From positions 54,412-118,411 of the forward strand of contig JBDHAC010000002.1 in the NCBI GenBank assembly GCA_039588275.1: 64,000 nt of DNA. Direction: 5' to 3'. The notes under the pieces are model-generated. The model had not been told where the DNA came from and made no database searches. It worked only from the letters and a program-made list of their open reading frames with translations. Source of the DNA: Gemmatimonadota bacterium. GTDB lineage: Bacteria; Gemmatimonadota; Gemmatimonadetes; Palauibacterales; Palauibacteraceae. The first letter of the stretch is position 1, and every line of letters starts with the position of its first letter. Of the stretch, positions 59,615 through 64,000 are shown one piece after another. Made by a program: the position numbers and the translations under genes.

Positions 59615-60547
59615 TCAGTGGGTCATCGCGTAGATGATGAAGTTGACCGCCAGTTGATACGCGAAGGTGGAGCGCTCGATCGGGTAATACGGCACTTCGG
59701 ACCACTCCCACGCGTCACCCAGGTCGGTGTTCCAGTTGATCACCACCATGAGCTCGCCGTCATCGTCGAAGATGCCGAAGACCCGCGGCACGTATCCATC
59801 GCGCTCGTACGTGGGGCAGCCCTGGCAAACGTTATTGACCGCGGGCACCTGGAGGATCTCATCGATGTCGTAGAACTGGTGGAAGATCGGGTGATCGAGC
59901 GGAATCTCGACGATCCGCCGATCCGGAAGCACACGAGATATCTGGTACTCGAAGTTCCGCCATTCCCAGGTACCCCAGAAGTCATCGATGACCAGGAAGC
60001 CCCCCGCCTGTAGATAGCCCCGGAGCCCCTGTACCTCCGCCTCGGTCAGATCCATGTACCCGACCTCGAGCGCGTACAGGAACGGGTAGCGGCGTAGCTC
60101 GGGGTCATCCAGCCGCATGGGGTTCTCGAACTCGTACACGTGGAGGTGCTTCAGAAAACGCTGGATGATGAACAAGAACTGGCGGTCGGCCTTCGGGTAA
60201 TCGATCGACCAGGCCGCTCTGCCCCGAAACCCGCGCGGGCCGGTGTACACCGCGCGTGTGAAGTAGAATTCGCGCCCGCGTTCCGGATAGATCCATGCGC
60301 GCGTGGTCGGCTCCTGCGGGGCCGTCCGCTCCTGCGGGGCCGTTTGCTCCTGCGGGGCCGTCCGCTCCTGCCGGGCCGTTTGCTCCTGCAGGGCCGTTTG
60401 CTCGTGCGGGGCGGGCTGGGCGGAGGCTGCCTGGCCGTGGGCCAAGGCCATCCGCTCCGGGGTCGCGGATGTCTGTTCCGGGGCAGTGGCGGGTGCGAGC
60501 CCGATGCTGGCGCCCACCGCCGTTGCCGCGAGGAACGTACGCTTCAT
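59615..60547 (-). CDS. DUF4159 domain secreted protein
   Basis: WSIDYPKAD, GGFLVIDDFWG, HPIFH, NTDLGDAWE; signal peptide. Confidence 0.88.
   Translation of the reverse strand: MKRTFLAATAVGASIGLAPATAPEQTSATPERMALAHGQAASAQPAPHEQTALQEQTARQERTAPQEQTAPQERTAPQEPTTRAWIYPERGREFYFTRAVYTGPRGFRGRAAWSIDYPKADRQFLFIIQRFLKHLHVYEFENPMRLDDPELRRYPFLYALEVGYMDLTEAEVQGLRGYLQAGGFLVIDDFWGTWEWRNFEYQISRVLPDRRIVEIPLDHPIFHQFYDIDEILQVPAVNNVCQGCPTYERDGYVPRVFGIFDDDGELMVVINWNTDLGDAWEWSEVPYYPIERSTFAYQLAVNFIIYAMTH
60311..60418. repeat. 18-bp tandem repeat, about 6 units, encoding QE(Q/R)TAP
   Basis: CTCCTGCGGGGCCGT(CC/TT)G units, in frame in the DUF4159 gene. Confidence 0.9.
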
Positions 60548-60616
60548 GCGGTCTTCATCCCCTCCAGTCCACTCATCAGAGTATCGATGTACGCCCTTAG
60601 GCTCCCGATGTGCACC

Positions 60617-62317
60617 TCACCGGGCGCCAGGGCGTTCGAAGACGATCTCGCCGCCCACGATGGTCATCAGCGCTTCCGTCTCCAGGATCTCGGCCGCCGG
60701 GACGCTCATGATGTCCTTCGAGAGAACCGTCAGGTCCGCGAACTTGCCCGGCGTTATGGAGCCCAAAACGTCCTCCTCGAAGCTGGCGTACGCGGCATCC
60801 AGCGTGTAGGACTTGAGCGCTTCCAGACGGGTCAGCCGGTGCTCCGGATACCAGCCTGAGGGCGGATTGCCCTCGAAATCCTGCCGCGCGACGGCCGCGT
60901 GGATCCCCATGAACGGACTGAACGTGCGGGCGCCCTCGTCCGAGCTGCCCACGATGCGGATGCCCTCATCGAGGAACGTCCGCCACGCGTATCCGCCCTT
61001 GATTCGATCCGGGCCGACCCGCACCTCGGCCCACGGCATGTCGAGCGTCGCGTGGATCCATTGGAAGGACGCGATCAAGCCGAGCTCGGCGAAGCGGGGG
61101 ATGTCCTCGAGCGCGACGATCTGCGCGTGCTCGACCCGCATCCGGTGATCCTCGACCGGGTTCTCCGCCAACACGTCCTCCACGGCATCCAGCACGATAC
61201 GATTGCCGCCGTCGCCGATCGCGTGCATCGCGGCCGTGAAGCCGTGTGCGAGCGACTGCTGCAGGATCGCGCGCAGGTCCTCGGGTGTGACGCGGACGAC
61301 GCCGTGCGCGCCGGGCTCATCGCTGTACGGCTCCAGCATGACGGCGCCGCGCGCTCCGAGCGCGCCATCGATCGACATCTTCACGCTCCGCACGGTGAGG
61401 CGGTGGTCTCCCTCGGCGATGATCGGGCCCATCGCGGTGAGGCTGTCCAGGATCTCACCCGACCTCCAGATGCGGATCACACCGTTGACGCGGAACGGGA
61501 GCTCGCCTTCCTCAATCAGCTCCCTGTAGGCTGCGACGGCTTCGAGGCTCGTTCCGATGTCGTGCGTCCCCGTGAAGCCGTACGAATGCGCGAGCTGGAC
61601 AGACTTTCTGATCCGATCCTTCAGGCTCTCCGTCTGCTGTGGCGGGATCACGTCGCGCACGATCCACTGCGCGTTCTCGATCAGAATGCCCGTAGGCTCG
61701 CCCGTGTCCGGGTCGCGTTGGATCACTCCGTCCGACGGGTCCACCCGATCGGCTGTGATCCCGGCCGCTTCGAGCGCCCTGCTGTTGAGCCAGCTCGCGT
61801 GACTGTGCATGCCGACGAGCGCTACCGGGTTATCGGGGGCCACGCGATCCAGCGCCGCCGCCGTGGGCCACGCCTCGATCTCCCAGTTTCCGGTGTGCCA
61901 CCCGCTGCCCGTGAGCCACTCGCCCGGCTGAAGTCCGCCGACGCGGCGCTCGACGAGCGCGACCGCCTCCTCGATGCTGCGTGCGCCATCCAGCTCGACC
62001 AACCGGCTCCGATCGGCGCCGAGGTTCGGGAAGTGCAGATGGGCGTCCACCAGACCCGGAACGACCGTCTTGCCGTCGAGATCGATGACCTCGGTGTCGG
62101 GGCCCTCGAGCCGTCCGATCTGTTCGGCCGTCCCGACCGCCAGGATCCGGTCGCCCGCGACCGCGACCGCCTCCGCTTCCGGCCGCGACGGGTCAACCGT
62201 AACCACGTGCCCGTTTGTCAAAATCAGGTCGGCCGCGCTGTTCCCCTCGGTGGAGACACACGCCGATCCACCGATACAGAGGAGAAGGCCCGCTGAAAAC
62301 CGCGCTCGATTGATCAT
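60617..62317 (-). CDS. Amidohydrolase_3 (YtcJ-like) lipoprotein
   Basis: Lipobox GSAC, PGLVDAHLH, DGALG, HAIGD, RVEHAQ, GKFAD. Confidence 0.9.
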   Translation of the reverse strand: MINRARFSAGLLLCIGGSACVSTEGNSAADLILTNGHVVTVDPSRPEAEAVAVAGDRILAVGTAEQIGRLEGPDTEVIDLDGKTVVPGLVDAHLHFPNLGADRSRLVELDGARSIEEAVALVERRVGGLQPGEWLTGSGWHTGNWEIEAWPTAAALDRVAPDNPVALVGMHSHASWLNSRALEAAGITADRVDPSDGVIQRDPDTGEPTGILIENAQWIVRDVIPPQQTESLKDRIRKSVQLAHSYGFTGTHDIGTSLEAVAAYRELIEEGELPFRVNGVIRIWRSGEILDSLTAMGPIIAEGDHRLTVRSVKMSIDGALGARGAVMLEPYSDEPGAHGVVRVTPEDLRAILQQSLAHGFTAAMHAIGDGGNRIVLDAVEDVLAENPVEDHRMRVEHAQIVALEDIPRFAELGLIASFQWIHATLDMPWAEVRVGPDRIKGGYAWRTFLDEGIRIVGSSDEGARTFSPFMGIHAAVARQDFEGNPPSGWYPEHRLTRLEALKSYTLDAAYASFEEDVLGSITPGKFADLTVLSKDIMSVPAAEILETEALMTIVGGEIVFERPGAR

Positions 62318-62592
62318 GTCATGTCAACATCCGTGAGGGGCTATGAGGCCGGGATGGAAACGACCACTCCGCGTAGGCTGGACCGGCCGGCGGCGGCGCG
62401 CAACGGGCGAGCACGGCGCGCAACGGGCGGGAGCGAACCTTGCAGGGACGGTAAGGCCCACAGCGTCTGGAACGACTCGTGTGTTTTCGATCGGGACGCC
62501 GAGACCCTATTCTCCTCGGCCGCGGCCGTCAGCGGCGACGACCGCTTCGTATCGCGGATGGGGACGATGAGGAACGGGAGGTGACGCGGACG

Positions 62593-63729
62593 ATGCGACC
62601 GGTTCGACATGTGATTGCCCGCCGGACCTGGGCTCCGGCGCTCATCCTCACTCTCCCGACCCTCCTGGGCGCGATCGCACTCGAGGCGACCCCGGCGCAC
62701 GCACAGACCTCTTCGACACCCAGTCTGGCCGCTTGTCTGATCCCCGACTCGATCGGCAATCAACTCCGGCGAATTGCCCGTCGGGTGGGGGGCAACGCAG
62801 GCATCTCCGCCATCCACCTTGAGTCGGGCGCTCGTATCTCGTTGAACGGCGAACGCTCGTTTCCGATGGCGAGCGTCTCCAAGGTTCCGATGGCGCTCGA
62901 GTTCCTGCGTCGAGTCGACGCGGGCGAGATCGACGTGAGGGAGACGCTCGTGGTCCCGCCCACGGATTTCCGCCCCGGAAGCAGTCCCATCGCCCGCCGG
63001 TCCGGCGGACGCGCGGTGCGGGTGTCGGTCGATAGCCTGTTCCGGCTCATGATCGGGGTCTCCGACAACACCGCGACCGATGTAATCCTGCGCATGTCGG
63101 GCGGGCCGGAGGCCGCGACCCGGCGGGTGCGAGAGCTGGGTGTGCAGGGAGTGCGGGTCGATCGGTCCGAGGCGCGCACGTTCGCGGACCTCGTCGGGAT
63201 CTCAGAGTCGGTCCCCGAGAGCGACCTGCACCGGTATTCCTACTTCCGTTTGCGAAACGCTCTGTCCCGGGAGCGCCGCGACGCAGCCCGCGAGCGGTAC
63301 GGGGAGGATCCGCAGGACACGGCCACCCCGGATGGCATGGCCTCGCTCCTGGCGCACCTCTATTTCGGTGCCGGGCTTAGCGAGGAATCGCGGGCGCAAC
63401 TGCTCGATACCATGACCGGCACGCGGACGGGCGCAAGGCGGCTCAAGGGCCTACTACCTACCGACACGCCCGTCGCGCACAAGACGGGCACCATGGCCGG
63501 AGCGATCAACGACGTGGGGATCATCACGCTCCCGAACGGGGGCGGGCACCTGGTCGTGGCGGCGTTCGTGAACACGCTCGACGTTCGGACCCGGAGCCGC
63601 GAGCGGACGATCGCCGAGATGACGAGGCTGCTGTACGACTACTTCACGGAGGACGCGCCACCGACCATCACGGGGCGGATGGCGGCGGCGTGTTCCACGG
63701 GGGCAGGGGCCGCCGGGGCCGGTCCTTGA
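62593..63729 (+). CDS. Class A beta-lactamase-like serine hydrolase
   Basis: FPMASVSK, SDN, DRSE, HKTG motifs; signal peptide; start 62581 or 62593. Confidence 0.88.
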   Translation: MRPVRHVIARRTWAPALILTLPTLLGAIALEATPAHAQTSSTPSLAACLIPDSIGNQLRRIARRVGGNAGISAIHLESGARISLNGERSFPMASVSKVPMALEFLRRVDAGEIDVRETLVVPPTDFRPGSSPIARRSGGRAVRVSVDSLFRLMIGVSDNTATDVILRMSGGPEAATRRVRELGVQGVRVDRSEARTFADLVGISESVPESDLHRYSYFRLRNALSRERRDAARERYGEDPQDTATPDGMASLLAHLYFGAGLSEESRAQLLDTMTGTRTGARRLKGLLPTDTPVAHKTGTMAGAINDVGIITLPNGGGHLVVAAFVNTLDVRTRSRERTIAEMTRLLYDYFTEDAPPTITGRMAAACSTGAGAAGAGP

Positions 63730-63782
63730 GCCGGTATGCCGCGGCAGGCAAGACCGCTGCCCGTTGAGAGCTTGTTGATCGA

Positions 63783-64000
63783 GGGCTGACGTTTCAGCTG
63801 AGGGCATTTGACACTTGGTGGACCAAGGTCAAGTGTCAGGATGCCCATGCAACGCGTCTTCACGTCGAGTCTCAGCGACACACAGGTCCAGTCGATCTTC
63901 CGTGCAGCTCGATTCGGAGATCGGACCCGGTGTCCACGGTGCGGCTACGCCCGTAGGCTGTGGCAGCTAGAGGACGAGCGCTGGCGCTGCAAACGGTGCC
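63783..64000 (+). mobile_element. Probable left end and transposase N-terminus of an IS1595-family element (truncated)
   Basis: ORF from 63841 reads MPMQRVFTSSLSDTQVQSIFRAARFGDRTRCPRCGYARRLWQLEDERWRCKRC (Zn ribbon); GGGCTG-like end at 63783; TGACACTTG/CAAGTGTCA inverted repeat 63809-63838. Confidence 0.65.

Noticed and set aside
60311..60418. CRISPR array
   Set aside because: Contiguous in-frame repeats with no unique spacers and no cas genes

Overview
GC-rich bacterial chromosomal segment. Gemmatimonadota is a tentative guess from gene content (kinase/BTAD regulator, DUF4159, DUF2911, many secreted amidohydrolases) and is not tested. The window is mostly housekeeping and catabolic: partial OmpA, C-N hydrolase, FabL-like SDR, sulfatase-fold membrane enzyme, three glycosyltransferases on alternating strands, TPP riboswitch-thiC, CHAD-ppk1 with two phosphate-porin-like genes, split NAD synthetase, tRNA-Glu(CTC), carbamoyltransferase/SxtJ/SxtK-like trio, lipA-pdhABC-lpdA-lipB, ferredoxin, Fpg-like glycosylase and a fused E1 alpha/beta. 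It also carries an Xre-like gene divergent from a Ser/Thr kinase-BTAD gene, rhodanese-ArsC-MobA, a Trp/anthranilate catabolic cluster, a B12 radical SAM gene, a class A beta-lactamase-like gene and the start of an IS1595-like element. Best leads: (1) a Trp->anthraniloyl-CoA operon with no kynB but a creatininase-family gene, a candidate new kynurenine formamidase; (2) a kinase-BTAD/Xre module with palindromic operator candidates and secreted or repeat-bearing outputs; (3) a secreted PHM-like copper protein; (4) a DnaA-box-like cluster before an RHH-like gene. All calls rest on motifs read by eye; no database searches were run.
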